A DNA stretch of 64,000 nucleotides, taken from the sequence record SRR22947725_3677. One strand, 5' to 3'. Both the position numbers and the translations under genes were made by a program. This document shows, in pieces, positions 47,901-58,317 of this stretch. Below the pieces are notes generated by a model. It did not search any database. It was not told where the DNA came from and saw only the letters and a list, made by a program, of their open reading frames with translations. Position 1 is the first letter of the stretch. Each line of letters opens with the position of its first letter.

Positions 47901-48749
47901 GTTATATTGAAATTAGGCAGTCAACATTACAACGAAAAAGACTTAGTAATTGACGAAATTGACAAATCAGATTCCGAGTTTATTGAAAACAGTTTAAACG
48001 CGAATAAACTCGTATTACTCGTTGAGGACAATGAAGACTTAAGAGCAATTATTAAAGTTGAACTAGAAAAAAAATATACTGTAATCGATGCGCCCAATGG
48101 TAAGGAAGCACTTGTAATCGCATTGGCGAAAAATCCAGATTTAATCATAACAGATGTTATGATGCCTATTATGGATGGTAAGGAGTTCTGTCGTGTTGTA
48201 AAAACCAACTTTCAGACCAGTCATATTCCTGTAATAATGATCACGGCCTTGGGTGAAATTGACGACAAGATTGAAGGCTTGGAAATTGGTGCTGATGCCT
48301 ATTTAGAAAAGCCCTTTAACATGAAGTTACTTCATGCAATGGCAGGCAACCTAATAAGCTCAAGGCGGGCACTTAACCGTGTTATTGACACAAAAGAAGA
48401 GCGCTTATCAAGTACAAAATCTCCCGATGAAAATTTCTTGTCTGAAGTCGTTGAAATCATTCAAAAAAACCTTAATAATAGAACCTTTTCAATTGATTTA
48501 TTGTCAGAGAAAACTGGGCTTAGTAGATCTAATTTATTTCGGAAATTAAAAGGGTTGACCAACATGTCTCCAAATGATTTGGTGATAAAAATAAAATTGA
48601 ATCATGCGGCAGAACTGCTTAAGCTAAATAAAACAATGCGCATAAGTGATGTTGCTTATGAATCTGGCTTTAATGATCCTCGGTATTTCAGTACGCTTTT
48701 CAAAAAAAACTTCGGTAAATCTCCGAAAGAGTTTAGTCAAGACCATTAA
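44937..48749 (+). CDS. Hybrid two-component system (propeller, Y_Y_Y, His kinase, receiver, AraC)
   Basis: AHDIRTP H-box, NLISNAIKY, GSGIGL, TDVMMP receiver, GFNDPRYFSTLFKK. ATG 44937 preferred to TTG 44901. Confidence 0.95.
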   Translation: MKKRFFNSVLSILLLFFFFSFGQQIKHLGVYDGIRSGAVRTFEKDTLGYMWIGTSQGLNRYSGYEFKNYNSQATTNGVVDIIRKNEYLFVLGAKGDLLQYLYEQDSFKTVLSLKDLNFLCFELVNDDTLIIGLQYGLLTYNFKTKETSELLFTKSHFNRKINVRKNQIYVASTKGITVYDYFKDTRQLEERETLLNDVEVLDFNFDKQGRIWAGTYEEGVYVVENDTPKKLKIYDKRLKTYTIRSVEFDKNNNALIALEGVGLVVLDSLFNVVNTLKYDPNTFNSLSQNSVYDVFVDEDNVYWLGLREVGIDLIYPKDNSFENISYIPYKQNNISNNNIRSIYFEENKAVWFGTENGISKLSSNGTWTNYNRDPLLSNKAVLTINKQGEHLILSVYGIGLIRFDPKTGKTYDFPLLEKEKKSTSIFATYIDGDELWIGGFDGPVKHFQNGALVNSYVTGNARTIISGGENIIYVGSPNGLFKIDTSTQQLTRIENDTFKNIDQIYSLLYDQENACVWIGNTQGLFKYNPETNEINSASKALNIESGTIFSVQKDTNQNLWLSGYKGLWKLSVKTGDLRKYDYGDGVSIETFGFGASTKASNGRLAFGGPKGATLFNPVSLPIEKEVAPIYISNFQVNGVDADSTVIKKNINFLEKVALNYAQNSFSIDFEAPTYHGSKRHTFSWQLKGYDQAPIEAKNDRKIIYSKLPPGKYTLEIKAENIAGLPSQNSFSIELIIKNPFWLSGWAILGYIIMGIGLVLLIIVIGRTRAEQKFNENKIKFFTEVAHDIRTPVSLIQLLVSQLSSDKSKFNSNIELIYRNTQNLNEYVTQLLDFQKADRKMLKLTVKQVKLNKIISRIVEEVNPLLNEKSIDLTVSIPKINLWVDESKMSRIFYNLISNAIKYSEEGGQIEIKASRTKKTVIIDFIDNGFGIPEKEQKLIFSRFTRGTNINNKGIYGSGIGLMISKKIVELHGGEIALTSKENLGSTFSVILKLGSQHYNEKDLVIDEIDKSDSEFIENSLNANKLVLLVEDNEDLRAIIKVELEKKYTVIDAPNGKEALVIALAKNPDLIITDVMMPIMDGKEFCRVVKTNFQTSHIPVIMITALGEIDDKIEGLEIGADAYLEKPFNMKLLHAMAGNLISSRRALNRVIDTKEERLSSTKSPDENFLSEVVEIIQKNLNNRTFSIDLLSEKTGLSRSNLFRKLKGLTNMSPNDLVIKIKLNHAAELLKLNKTMRISDVAYESGFNDPRYFSTLFKKNFGKSPKEFSQDH

Positions 48750-48886
48750 ATGAATGTTTTTTAAGCAGTTTTATTTATTGGTAATAACAACTTGTGAATA
48801 GAGATACCGAATATTAAACATTATTGAATAGAATTTAAACGTTGCTGTTGTATTATTTCATCTAATTGCTAATTCTTTAAAACGAT

Positions 48887-51800
48887 ATGAATAAAACGAT
48901 ACTTTTTTTGCTTCTTTTTCCGATGCTTGTACTTGCACAAGGCATTTCACTTGAGGGAAATGTTGTTGACACAGACTCTAATGATCCATTACCCGGTGCA
49001 ACTGTTTTTGTCAAGGGAACATCAAATGGAACAACAACTAATTTTGATGGTAATTTTGAATTAAATGCACTTGTAGGTGACACCCTGGTAATTTCATACC
49101 TAAGCATGAAAACACAGGAACTCGTTGTTCTTTCATCTCACCTATCAATTCGTATGGAGCCAGATGTTAATCAATTAGAAGAGGTAAGCGTAAGTGTAGG
49201 ATATTTCGATGTAAGCAAAAAAGATCTCTCTGGTTCTATTGCTCAAATAGATGCAAAACAATTGGAAAAAAATCGGACGAATTCTATTGAAAGCCTCCTG
49301 CAAGGACAAGCTGCCGGTGTGGTAGTAACCGAAAGTTCTGAGCCTGGGGGTGGAGTTGGTATTTCTATTCGAGGGGTTAATTCCATGCTTGGTGGAACAC
49401 AACCGTTGTATGTTTTAGACGGCGTTCCGGTTAATCCAGTAACGGATGCACAAGGTAACGGAGGTACCGGAGGACAGCAAAGTTCTTTGGCTTTTTTGAA
49501 TCCGAATGATATTGAGAAAATTGAAGTATTAAAAGATGCCGCAGCCACAGCTATTTATGGGGCTCGAGGGGCAAATGGTGTGGTAGTGATTACCACAAAA
49601 ACTGCCGATAAGGCAGAAGGTGCTGATAAAATTTCTATTAATTACGACACTTCAGTTGCTTTAGTGAGGGAGCAAATTGGAGTATTAGATGGTCCAGGTT
49701 TTGAACGCTATATGAATCAGCGACAAATTAATCAGCTCTACCAAAGTATTACTAATCCAGCTAGAGCAGGTGGCGCGTTTGATGGTAGTCAAGCCCTTAC
49801 TGAAGAAAACTATCCCGAAATAACAGACTTAGAATTGCCTTATCCGGTATCTTCTGGAATTAACACAAATTGGCAAGAAGAAACGTATCGCCCGGCTTTT
49901 TCAAACATGTACAATGTCTCTTACCGAGGAGGAAATTTTAAGCGGAATCTTGCAATTAGCTTAGGAGTCTTAGACCAAGAAGGAGTAATTATCAACTCAA
50001 ATAACAAGAGAATTACGTATAACATGAATGCTAAAAGGAAGGCCTTTGATAACAAGGTCGACTTTTTCTCAAAAACTAATATTTCTTATAAAAAAGGAAA
50101 TGCTTCTTCGGTAGGTAATGGAGAAATCTTTGCACAAAGAGGTGTTGTCTCCCAAGCCTTACAATTCCAGCCAATTTTTTCATTGTTGAACCCTGGTGAA
50201 CAAGATGATGTTTATGCCGCACTAAATGAAGGAAACATTGTCTCTAATCCATATACGTTGGCCCGTGATGTGATTGATCAAAAAACCGCCGTTACCGTAC
50301 GGCAAGTTTTTTCTGTGGTTGGAAAGATCGCACCGAAGTTAACTGGAACAATCAAAGGAGCATATAATTATCAAAGAAGTACGCGTGACAATTACTACCC
50401 AATCGCTACCACAAGAGGAAGGCGTAATGATGGTGAAGCCTCACAAGCTTCTTTAGAAAATACCAAAATTTACGCAGAGGCAAACCTTCGCTATAAAAAT
50501 AGATTCAATGCGCACCGTATAGACGCCATTGTTTTGGGGACTTTCGAAAAAAACAACATCCGTTCATTGTTTAATAAGGCTACAGGATACGGAAGCGATA
50601 ATACCTCATTTTACAATTTTTCTTCTGCTACTGAAATTTTTGTGCCAATCTCACAGTTTAGAGAAGTAGGTCTATTATCTGGACTAGCCCGAGTAGGGTA
50701 TAATTACAAAAGGAAGTACTATGTAGATTTAAATGCGCGTGTCGATGCATCGTCAAAGTTTGCTACCAATAATAAGAGTGCCTTATTCCCATCTATCGCA
50801 TTGTCATGGGTGGCATCTAAAGAGCCCTTTTTACAAAAAGTGGCTGCTATTTCACAATTAAAGCTTCGTCTTTCGTTTGGTAAAACTGGTAGCAACCCCA
50901 TTTCTCCTTACCAATCTCTAGCGCTTTTGACACCTATTCGCTATAATTTTGACAATCAATTAATCACAGGATATTTCGAGTCTAATCTTGCGAATGATGA
51001 TTTGACATGGGAAAAAACAGATCAATTTAATGTAGGTTTAGACCTCAGCCTTTTTGATTCTAAATGGAACCTTACTATAGATGCTTATCACAAGTTAACC
51101 AATGACTTACTCCAAAATGTAAACTTACCTGTTTCGAATGGCTACACAAGTCGAGTAGATAACTTTGGATCGGTTGAAAATAAAGGAATCGAATTTAGCC
51201 TCAACACCAACTTGGTACAAACAAAAGACTTTATTTGGGACATTAGAGCCAATCTTAGTTTTAATCGAAACGAACTTAAGTCTCTAAATTCAAATTTAGA
51301 ATATCAACTCGGCCCGTCTGTTGGATTTACTCAGGCAAATCCAATATTATTTAAAGTTGGTCAACCTCTAGGTATTTATTGGGGTGCACAAACCGACGGA
51401 ATCTATGCAAACTGGGATGAAGCGAATGCCAGTGGCATTGTAGGTGCTGCTCCAGGTGAAATCAAGTATTTAAATAATTCCGTTCAAGTAGATGCATCGG
51501 GACAGCCTTTAGCATCACAGCAAATAAACTTTGATGATTATGTGAAAATTGGAGATCCGAATCCAGACTACACATTCTCCATTTCGAATAGTTTTAGCTA
51601 CAAAAAATGGGATTTAAGTATTTTACTCACTGGGCAAAAAGGAGGTGATCTGTTTTGGGTAGATTCCTGGCAATTAAGTGGGTTACAGAAAACAACAAAC
51701 GTACTTACATCATCGTTTAATAGCTCTTGGATAGCGCCTTTATCCGTAGATAACGGACAAGTAACCTTTAATCCTGCTGTTGGAAACACTGAAAATGCAA

Positions 51801-52096
51801 GCCATCCGGCTGCCATTCTCGACAACGGTCCAAGGGCATTGGTTTCTGATAGACAGATTTTTGATGGGTCTTTTTTTAGATTGAAAAATATTAATTTAGG
51901 ATACACCTTTAACTTTCCCAATCAACGAAGTTTTAGAGTCTATGCTACTGGACAAAACATCCTTATGTGGACAGATTATCCAGGCTATGACCCTGAAGTG
52001 AAGACGTATACAAAAAACCCTCAAAAAAGAGGCGTAGATTTTGGTACGTATCCCGGAACAAAAACCTATTTATTAGGTCTAAAATTTATTTATTAA
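48887..52096 (+). CDS. susC: SusC/RagA TonB-dependent transporter
   Basis: PLYVLDG, NPNDIEKIEVLKDAAATAIYGARGANGVVVITT, LTWEKT, C-terminal aromatic residue. Confidence 0.96.
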   Translation: MNKTILFLLLFPMLVLAQGISLEGNVVDTDSNDPLPGATVFVKGTSNGTTTNFDGNFELNALVGDTLVISYLSMKTQELVVLSSHLSIRMEPDVNQLEEVSVSVGYFDVSKKDLSGSIAQIDAKQLEKNRTNSIESLLQGQAAGVVVTESSEPGGGVGISIRGVNSMLGGTQPLYVLDGVPVNPVTDAQGNGGTGGQQSSLAFLNPNDIEKIEVLKDAAATAIYGARGANGVVVITTKTADKAEGADKISINYDTSVALVREQIGVLDGPGFERYMNQRQINQLYQSITNPARAGGAFDGSQALTEENYPEITDLELPYPVSSGINTNWQEETYRPAFSNMYNVSYRGGNFKRNLAISLGVLDQEGVIINSNNKRITYNMNAKRKAFDNKVDFFSKTNISYKKGNASSVGNGEIFAQRGVVSQALQFQPIFSLLNPGEQDDVYAALNEGNIVSNPYTLARDVIDQKTAVTVRQVFSVVGKIAPKLTGTIKGAYNYQRSTRDNYYPIATTRGRRNDGEASQASLENTKIYAEANLRYKNRFNAHRIDAIVLGTFEKNNIRSLFNKATGYGSDNTSFYNFSSATEIFVPISQFREVGLLSGLARVGYNYKRKYYVDLNARVDASSKFATNNKSALFPSIALSWVASKEPFLQKVAAISQLKLRLSFGKTGSNPISPYQSLALLTPIRYNFDNQLITGYFESNLANDDLTWEKTDQFNVGLDLSLFDSKWNLTIDAYHKLTNDLLQNVNLPVSNGYTSRVDNFGSVENKGIEFSLNTNLVQTKDFIWDIRANLSFNRNELKSLNSNLEYQLGPSVGFTQANPILFKVGQPLGIYWGAQTDGIYANWDEANASGIVGAAPGEIKYLNNSVQVDASGQPLASQQINFDDYVKIGDPNPDYTFSISNSFSYKKWDLSILLTGQKGGDLFWVDSWQLSGLQKTTNVLTSSFNSSWIAPLSVDNGQVTFNPAVGNTENASHPAAILDNGPRALVSDRQIFDGSFFRLKNINLGYTFNFPNQRSFRVYATGQNILMWTDYPGYDPEVKTYTKNPQKRGVDFGTYPGTKTYLLGLKFIY

Positions 52097-52098
52097 TT

Positions 52099-53685
52099 AT
52101 GAGCGATCTAAATTTCAACGTATCCAGAACTACCCTATTTATACTTTCTTTTCTTGCATTAACGCTTTATTCCTGTGATAATCTTGAAGAAGAATCTTTA
52201 ACACAGGTAAGTACAGAACAGTTCTATCAGAATGAAACAGATGCATTAGCCGGTTTAACCGCTGCTTATGCGCGTCTAAAAAGTGGGAATGGGTATTACA
52301 AACAAGTCTTTTTAACAGCACTACATGCCTCTTCTGATCAAGGCATTTCAACCTTTTTATTTAAAGAGTTTAAGACAGGGAATATTGCAAACACAAACCC
52401 AAATCTAACGCCCATGTGGAGAGACATTTATTTTGCAATACGGGATGCAAATAATGTCATTGCCAATGTTGAAACCATTGATATGGACGAAGAACTTAAA
52501 GCACGTATTTTAGGTGAAGCACGATTTTTAAGAGGGCTACACTATTTTAATTTGGTGCGATGTTTTGGCGAAGTTCCATTAAGAATAAGCCCTTTAAAAC
52601 AAGGAGAAGATGAGGGGCTACCCGTATCCAAAATCGAAAGCATATATGATGTAATTATAAGTGATTTGGCATTTGCTGCTGCAAATTGCTGGGGAAGAAA
52701 TGGAACAAGAGCTTCGGCTTCAAATGACTTAGGTCGTGTTACAAAAACAGCTGCGCATGCCATGTTGGCCAAAGTATATTTACGTATAGCTTCCTGCAAA
52801 AGAACAGCGCAAGAAGGCGTTGAAGGAAATAGTAAATATCTTGACTTCACAGCATCAGTAAGCGACTACTACCAACTTGCAAAAGAACAATGTGATTTGG
52901 CATTAGAAGGCTCTGGTTTTCAATTGGAAGCAAACTTAGAGGGCTGGAAAACGATCTTTAGCCCTAATAATGGCAACAATGCTGAAATGATTTTTGAGGT
53001 TCAAGGCTCCAACATTGTCGGGCAGGGAACCGCTGTTTCTAACCTATTTTCACCAAAAGACTCAAATCTTAGCGGAACAGGATTTGGAGGTACCAATAAG
53101 TTAAAAGGTAAGTTTATTAATAACCGATTGGATAAATTAGATAGTAGGTTTCAAAATACGATTATCAAATCGTATCAAAACAACACACGATCTTTCCAAA
53201 TAAATGCTGGAATTACTGGATATATTCCCACGCTGTTTTCGACTGGAAGAACGGTTGGAACACTCTGGCAAGTTTGGACTTCGAAGTATATAGATCCAGA
53301 AGCCACCACTGAATATACAAGCCGTCAAAATTGGCATATTATTCGACTTGCAGATGTATATCTGATGCGAGCTGAGGCAATGGCAGAGGTTTCCCAAGAT
53401 CCTACGCTGGCCAATTCAGACTTGAGTGCCTTACGTGCTCGGGTTGAAATGCCAGACTTCGATGGAGTTGGAATGACTATGCCAGATTTTAGAACAGCAC
53501 TACTTAAAGAACGTGCGGTAGAACTTTATATGGAAGGCCACCGCTTTTTTGATTTGACTAGAATGGGTGTTTTGGATGAATATTGTAGAACGCTTCATGG
53601 AAATGTAGATGGACAAAGACAAGCTGAAGACTACTTTTGGCCAATTCCGGTTACTGAAACTTCTGCGAACGCTAATATTGATTGA
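52099..53685 (+). CDS. susD: SusD/RagB lipoprotein
   Basis: LYSC lipobox, GEARFLRGLHYFNLVR, RLADVYLMRAEA, ERAVELYMEGHRFFDL.R. Confidence 0.95.
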   Translation: MSDLNFNVSRTTLFILSFLALTLYSCDNLEEESLTQVSTEQFYQNETDALAGLTAAYARLKSGNGYYKQVFLTALHASSDQGISTFLFKEFKTGNIANTNPNLTPMWRDIYFAIRDANNVIANVETIDMDEELKARILGEARFLRGLHYFNLVRCFGEVPLRISPLKQGEDEGLPVSKIESIYDVIISDLAFAAANCWGRNGTRASASNDLGRVTKTAAHAMLAKVYLRIASCKRTAQEGVEGNSKYLDFTASVSDYYQLAKEQCDLALEGSGFQLEANLEGWKTIFSPNNGNNAEMIFEVQGSNIVGQGTAVSNLFSPKDSNLSGTGFGGTNKLKGKFINNRLDKLDSRFQNTIIKSYQNNTRSFQINAGITGYIPTLFSTGRTVGTLWQVWTSKYIDPEATTEYTSRQNWHIIRLADVYLMRAEAMAEVSQDPTLANSDLSALRARVEMPDFDGVGMTMPDFRTALLKERAVELYMEGHRFFDLTRMGVLDEYCRTLHGNVDGQRQAEDYFWPIPVTETSANANID

Positions 53686-53747
53686 GGAATTTAATTCAAT
53701 AACAAAAAAAAAATTACCATTATTTATTTAAAATCGTGATCTAATTC

Positions 53748-55181
53748 ATGAAAAAAACCTTCACTTATATTGCCTCAATTGGACTAATTGGATTGCTCGT
53801 TTTTAGCTGTAAAACAGCTACAGTTCAGTCCAAAGGCATAGCGCCCAACTTTATTGTAATCTTAGTAGACGATCAGGGCTGGAATGGTACATCTGTTCAA
53901 ATGTCTGATGAAGTGAGTCAATCAAAAAGTGATTACCATCAAACGCCAAATATTTTGGGGCTTGCCAATCGTGGCATGCGTTTTTCCTCGGCCTATGCAA
54001 GTGCTCCCGTATGTTCGCCGTCGCGATACAGCATTCAGTTTGGACAAACTCCAGCACGACTGCGAATGATTCGGGTTGGGATGAATACAAATCACATTAA
54101 TCATCAAAGACCTACAACAATACCCAGGCTATTAAAAAAAGTGAATCCGGCCTATATAACTGCGCATTATGGTAAATGGGGAATTGATGTAGATCCTGCA
54201 GAAATGGGTTATGATAAAAGTGACGGAATCACGGGTAATAAAGATGGTGGGTTTAACTATAAATCAAATAAAAACCAATGGAGAAATAACATTGATGAAG
54301 ACCCTAAAAAGATATTCAGTACAACACAACGAGCTATCAATTTTATTGAAGAACAAGCCACTTCAAAGCGTCCTTTCTTTTTGCAACTTTCACATTATGC
54401 CGTTCACTCCGACATCATGATGCGGAAAGAAACTTTAGAAAAATACAGAGCCGTTAAAAAAGGTACATACCAAAACCATCCGGGCTTCGCGGCAATGACT
54501 GAAGATTTAGACACCAGCGTGGGTTTATTATTGGACCGGGTAAAGGCATTAGGCCTTGAAGAAAATACATATATCATTTATACTTCTGATAATGGTGCTG
54601 TACCAGTGATGCCTCCAAGAGCTCAATACAAACATGGGACAAATACACCTCTTAGTAGAGGAAAATGGGATGCCATGGAAGGAGGTATAAGAGTTCCTTT
54701 TGTTATCGCTGGGCCAAAAATAAAAGCAGGGATAGAATCAAAAGTACCAATTACGTTCTCTGATTTACTACCAACTATTGCCGATTTGGCTGGTTATACA
54801 AATTCGTTTAGTGATGAGATTGATGGTGGAAGTTTTAAAGAAATTCTTTCCAATGATGGTTCAGGAACTATCAATCGCGCGACAGAGGGGCTGGTTTTCC
54901 ATGTACCCTATGCAAATGGAATCGCACTTAAACGAGCGCATTCAGCCATTATTCAAGATGGTTTCAAGTTGATAAAATTCCACGATAACAATCAGTTGAT
55001 GTTGTTTAATCTTAGCAAGGATTTGGAAGAAAAAAACAATCTGGCATTTACACATCCAGACAAGCTGAACGCATTAGAAAAAGGTTTAGATGCTTACTTG
55101 ACAAAAGTAAAGGCCCCTAAATGGGAACCCGGTATTACTTGGAAGAATAAACCAATCGAAAAAATAAACTCTTTCCACTAA
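53748..55181 (+). CDS. Cys-type S1 sulfatase lipoprotein
   Basis: VFSC lipobox, PNFIVILVDD, CSPSR, HYAVH, SDNG, EGGIRVP. Confidence 0.92.
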   Translation: MKKTFTYIASIGLIGLLVFSCKTATVQSKGIAPNFIVILVDDQGWNGTSVQMSDEVSQSKSDYHQTPNILGLANRGMRFSSAYASAPVCSPSRYSIQFGQTPARLRMIRVGMNTNHINHQRPTTIPRLLKKVNPAYITAHYGKWGIDVDPAEMGYDKSDGITGNKDGGFNYKSNKNQWRNNIDEDPKKIFSTTQRAINFIEEQATSKRPFFLQLSHYAVHSDIMMRKETLEKYRAVKKGTYQNHPGFAAMTEDLDTSVGLLLDRVKALGLEENTYIIYTSDNGAVPVMPPRAQYKHGTNTPLSRGKWDAMEGGIRVPFVIAGPKIKAGIESKVPITFSDLLPTIADLAGYTNSFSDEIDGGSFKEILSNDGSGTINRATEGLVFHVPYANGIALKRAHSAIIQDGFKLIKFHDNNQLMLFNLSKDLEEKNNLAFTHPDKLNALEKGLDAYLTKVKAPKWEPGITWKNKPIEKINSFH

Positions 55182-55310
55182 CTCCAAACGCTGGGTCGTT
55201 TTGCTAGGCCTAATTTAGCTTTTGGTTAGATAGTTTAACTAACTGAGCAAAATTTAAACAATCTATATATATAGACTGCATAGCTTTGGATTATATAATT
55301 AAAATGATTC

Positions 55311-55637
55311 ATGATTCAAAAAATCTTTCTATTACTAGCCTTTACGCTTTTCACAACAACCGTTTCTTCTCAAAACGATGCAACTGAAAAAGCTAATAAA
55401 TTAACCAACGAAATGACACAAGCGCTTTCTTTGGGTGAGGAAGTGAAAACCAAAATTTATGAAATTCAATTAAACCGATTTCAAGAAGCGGAAACTATTA
55501 GAAAACAGTACATGGACGATTCGGAAACAAAAAAAGCTGAGTTGAAAAAAATGTACAACAGATTGTATGGCAAATTAAAGGCTACGCTTGGAGAAGAAAA
55601 AATGAAAGCCTGGAATGTTTATAAACAAAACAATTAA
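55311..55637 (+). CDS. Small secreted alpha-helical hypothetical protein
   Basis: Signal peptide followed by a Lys/Glu-rich helical body. Confidence 0.65.
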   Translation: MIQKIFLLLAFTLFTTTVSSQNDATEKANKLTNEMTQALSLGEEVKTKIYEIQLNRFQEAETIRKQYMDDSETKKAELKKMYNRLYGKLKATLGEEKMKAWNVYKQNN

Positions 55638-55647
55638 ATCTATTATT

Positions 55648-56619
55648 ATGATCAGAAAATTTACTTACCTTTTTTTTATACTACTTACAACTGGTTTAGT
55701 TGCACAAACAAGTGTGGCTGATTCTCCTTTATTTGTTGCGGGAGCAAATGCCAGTTGGCCGCACATCATTGTTGCTGCTAAAGCCGCAGATGCATCCAGC
55801 CAATCTGCTCAAACATTAGAAATCAACATTACTACGTTGCCCGATGGTGGTGCTAACTACCGCGTTTACAAGACCACTGCAAATGGTGGTGATTTTGTTG
55901 GAGATGCAAAACCACTTGCTTTAGGCCCTAACACACTTACTGTAACTGCTGTAGCTTTCAATAGAGCGGTTAAGTACCAGTTTAGTAGTGGAGCCATTGA
56001 ATTCGATGCCATCTCACTTAATAGTTCTGATAACTCTCAAACTATTGCTTCAAATGTGGGTGGTCTATTTACTGCAGGATCAAATGCTAGCTGGCCTTTT
56101 GTCTACAGTGCGGCTCAAAAAAATGATGGCGACGCCGGAAACGATGGTGCTGCTCAAACCTTGGAGATCAATATTACTAGTTTGCCCCCTGCGGGTGCAA
56201 ACTACCGTATTGGTAAGACCACGGCAAACGGAGAATGGTTTTTTGCTAATGCTCAACCCCTAGCTTTAGGAGTTAACACAATCACTGTAGCTGGCGTTAC
56301 TTTTGACCGAAGTGTTCGATTCCAATTTGGAGACGGTGCTACAGAATTTGATGCGCTCTCATTAAACGACGAGTCTGTATTAAGCGTAGCCAATATTAAT
56401 GCTAGTCATTTCACATTGTATCCAAATCCTGCTTCAGGTATTATTACTGTTCGTGGAGTTGAAAACATCAAATCAATTAAGGTGTTTTCCCTATTAGGGA
56501 GTTTGGAGATAGAAGTTTTAAACGCAAACCAAGTTGATGTTTCAGGTCTTTCAAAAGGAATCCATATGATTACCGTTGATAACGGTACTGTTTTCACAAA
56601 GAAATTTATTGTAAAATAA
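55648..56619 (+). CDS. T9SS-secreted protein with two copies of an unrecognised ~100-aa domain
   Basis: Signal peptide from ATG 55648; internal repeat; C-terminal LYPNPA...LSKGIH...KKFIVK. Confidence 0.8.
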   Translation: MIRKFTYLFFILLTTGLVAQTSVADSPLFVAGANASWPHIIVAAKAADASSQSAQTLEINITTLPDGGANYRVYKTTANGGDFVGDAKPLALGPNTLTVTAVAFNRAVKYQFSSGAIEFDAISLNSSDNSQTIASNVGGLFTAGSNASWPFVYSAAQKNDGDAGNDGAAQTLEINITSLPPAGANYRIGKTTANGEWFFANAQPLALGVNTITVAGVTFDRSVRFQFGDGATEFDALSLNDESVLSVANINASHFTLYPNPASGIITVRGVENIKSIKVFSLLGSLEIEVLNANQVDVSGLSKGIHMITVDNGTVFTKKFIVK

Positions 56620-56637
56620 CGAGTCATTAACCGATTT

Positions 56638-56683
56638 AAAGCTGGTAAAATCAATATTATACGTTGACTTTACCAGCTTTTTT
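56638..56683 (+). terminator. Rho-independent terminator
   Basis: AAAGCTGGTAAA...TTTACCAGCTTT inverted repeat followed by a T run. Confidence 0.75.
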
Positions 56684-56710
56684 AATTCCATGAGAAATTA
56701 ACCCTTTGTT

Positions 56711-58264
56711 TTGAAACAGCTTGTAGTTTTAGTTCTTATCGTATTTTCTTGGCAATGCTTTGGCCAGCCGAAATCCCAAACAGAGAAGCCAAATATTATC
56801 TTCATTTTTTCAGATGATCATGCCACAAATGCCATTTCAGCCTATGGCGGTATTTTTAAAGCATTAGCACCAACACCAAACATTGATCGCATTGCAAACG
56901 AGGGAGCATTACTAAAAAATGCCTTGTGCACAAATGCCATTTGTGGCCCCAGTAGAGCAACAATACTCACAGGTAAATACAGCCATGTAAATGGATATTA
57001 CAAAAATTATAAAGGCGGTGTATTTAATAACAAACAATGGACCTATCCTCAAGCGCTTCAGGGGGCAGGCTATCAAACGGCCTTGGTTGGGAAATGGCAT
57101 CTAGCCTCTGAACCAATCGGTTTTGATTATTACAAATATCATGTCTCCCGCGGGCAACAGGGATTTTACTGGAACCCCGTGTATAATGATAATGGGCAGC
57201 AAATTGAAGAGAAAGGATACGCCACAAATTTAACGACCGACTTTGCCTTGGATTGGCTACAATCTAGAGATAAAAAGGATCCTTTTTGCTTACTCTTGCA
57301 ATTTAAGGCGCCGCATCGGCAGTGGGCACCAGACACTAAATATGAACGCTTATGGGAAGGCGTTGAAATGCCTTATCCAGCAACTTTTGATGACAATTAT
57401 GAAGGAAGGGGATTAACGGCTGGAAAAACTGAAATGACGATGGATTATTTCACTAGAGAAGACATGAAGATGACTCCTCCAGATTCCTTATTCAAAAAAC
57501 AGCGGAATCGATGGATGCAATTCGGTTTTCGCCCGAACCAAATTGTTACTCCCTCAAAAGATTTAAGCAAACAGGAAGCTCGTAAATGGAAATACCAACG
57601 CTATATTAAAGATTACCTAGCAACCATAAAATCTGTAGATGATAATATTGGAAGGGTTTTAAGCTATCTAAAAGAAAATGGATTAGAAGAAAACACCATT
57701 GTTGTTTATGCTTCAGACCAAGGTTTTTTCCTAGGTGAACACGGTTTTTTTGACAAGCGTTTTATGTATGAAGAGTCCCTGCGAATGCCTTTTGTAATTC
57801 GCTATCCTGGCAAAATTAAACCCGGTATTGTCATAGACGATATTGTTTCAAATATTGATTTTGCACCAACACTTTTAGACATGGCTGGTGTTCCTGTACC
57901 AGAGGGCGTTCAAGGGAAGAGTTTTTTCTCAAACCTACAAGGAGAAACCTCCAAAGACTGGAAACAGTCTATGTATTATCATTATTATGAATACCCGTTC
58001 TACCACCGTGTACAACCGCATTATGGCATCCGCAATCAACGCTATAAACTGATTCATTTTTATTATGATATCGATGTTTGGGAGTTATACGACCTTGAGA
58101 ACGACCCCAATGAAATGAATAATTTAATTGCGGATAAAGCCTACACCAACACCATTCGTGAATTAAAATCCGAATTGTATCGCTTAAAAGAGACCGCTGG
58201 AAACACCATGTCGTTACAAGAATTAAGAACTATCACTGAAAAAGATTTTGGTGGGCTTGAATAA
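56711..58264 (+). CDS. Cys-type S1 sulfatase (mucin-desulfating/GlcNAc-6-sulfatase-like)
   Basis: PNIIFIFSDDH, CGPSRATILTG, GKWHL, SDQGFFLGEHG..DKRFMYEES; TTG start. Confidence 0.93.
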   Translation: MKQLVVLVLIVFSWQCFGQPKSQTEKPNIIFIFSDDHATNAISAYGGIFKALAPTPNIDRIANEGALLKNALCTNAICGPSRATILTGKYSHVNGYYKNYKGGVFNNKQWTYPQALQGAGYQTALVGKWHLASEPIGFDYYKYHVSRGQQGFYWNPVYNDNGQQIEEKGYATNLTTDFALDWLQSRDKKDPFCLLLQFKAPHRQWAPDTKYERLWEGVEMPYPATFDDNYEGRGLTAGKTEMTMDYFTREDMKMTPPDSLFKKQRNRWMQFGFRPNQIVTPSKDLSKQEARKWKYQRYIKDYLATIKSVDDNIGRVLSYLKENGLEENTIVVYASDQGFFLGEHGFFDKRFMYEESLRMPFVIRYPGKIKPGIVIDDIVSNIDFAPTLLDMAGVPVPEGVQGKSFFSNLQGETSKDWKQSMYYHYYEYPFYHRVQPHYGIRNQRYKLIHFYYDIDVWELYDLENDPNEMNNLIADKAYTNTIRELKSELYRLKETAGNTMSLQELRTITEKDFGGLE

Positions 58265-58317
58265 ATGAATGTTCATTCAAACAGTTTATATTTAAACAAT
58301 TAATAGCACGCTATACA

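Noticed and set aside
48795-48832. TGAATAGA repeated 30 bp apart upstream of susC, a possible regulator site
   Set aside because: Short and AT-rich, with no second example to support it.
55262-55275. TCTATATATATAGA palindrome
   Set aside because: Low-complexity TA run, expected by chance.
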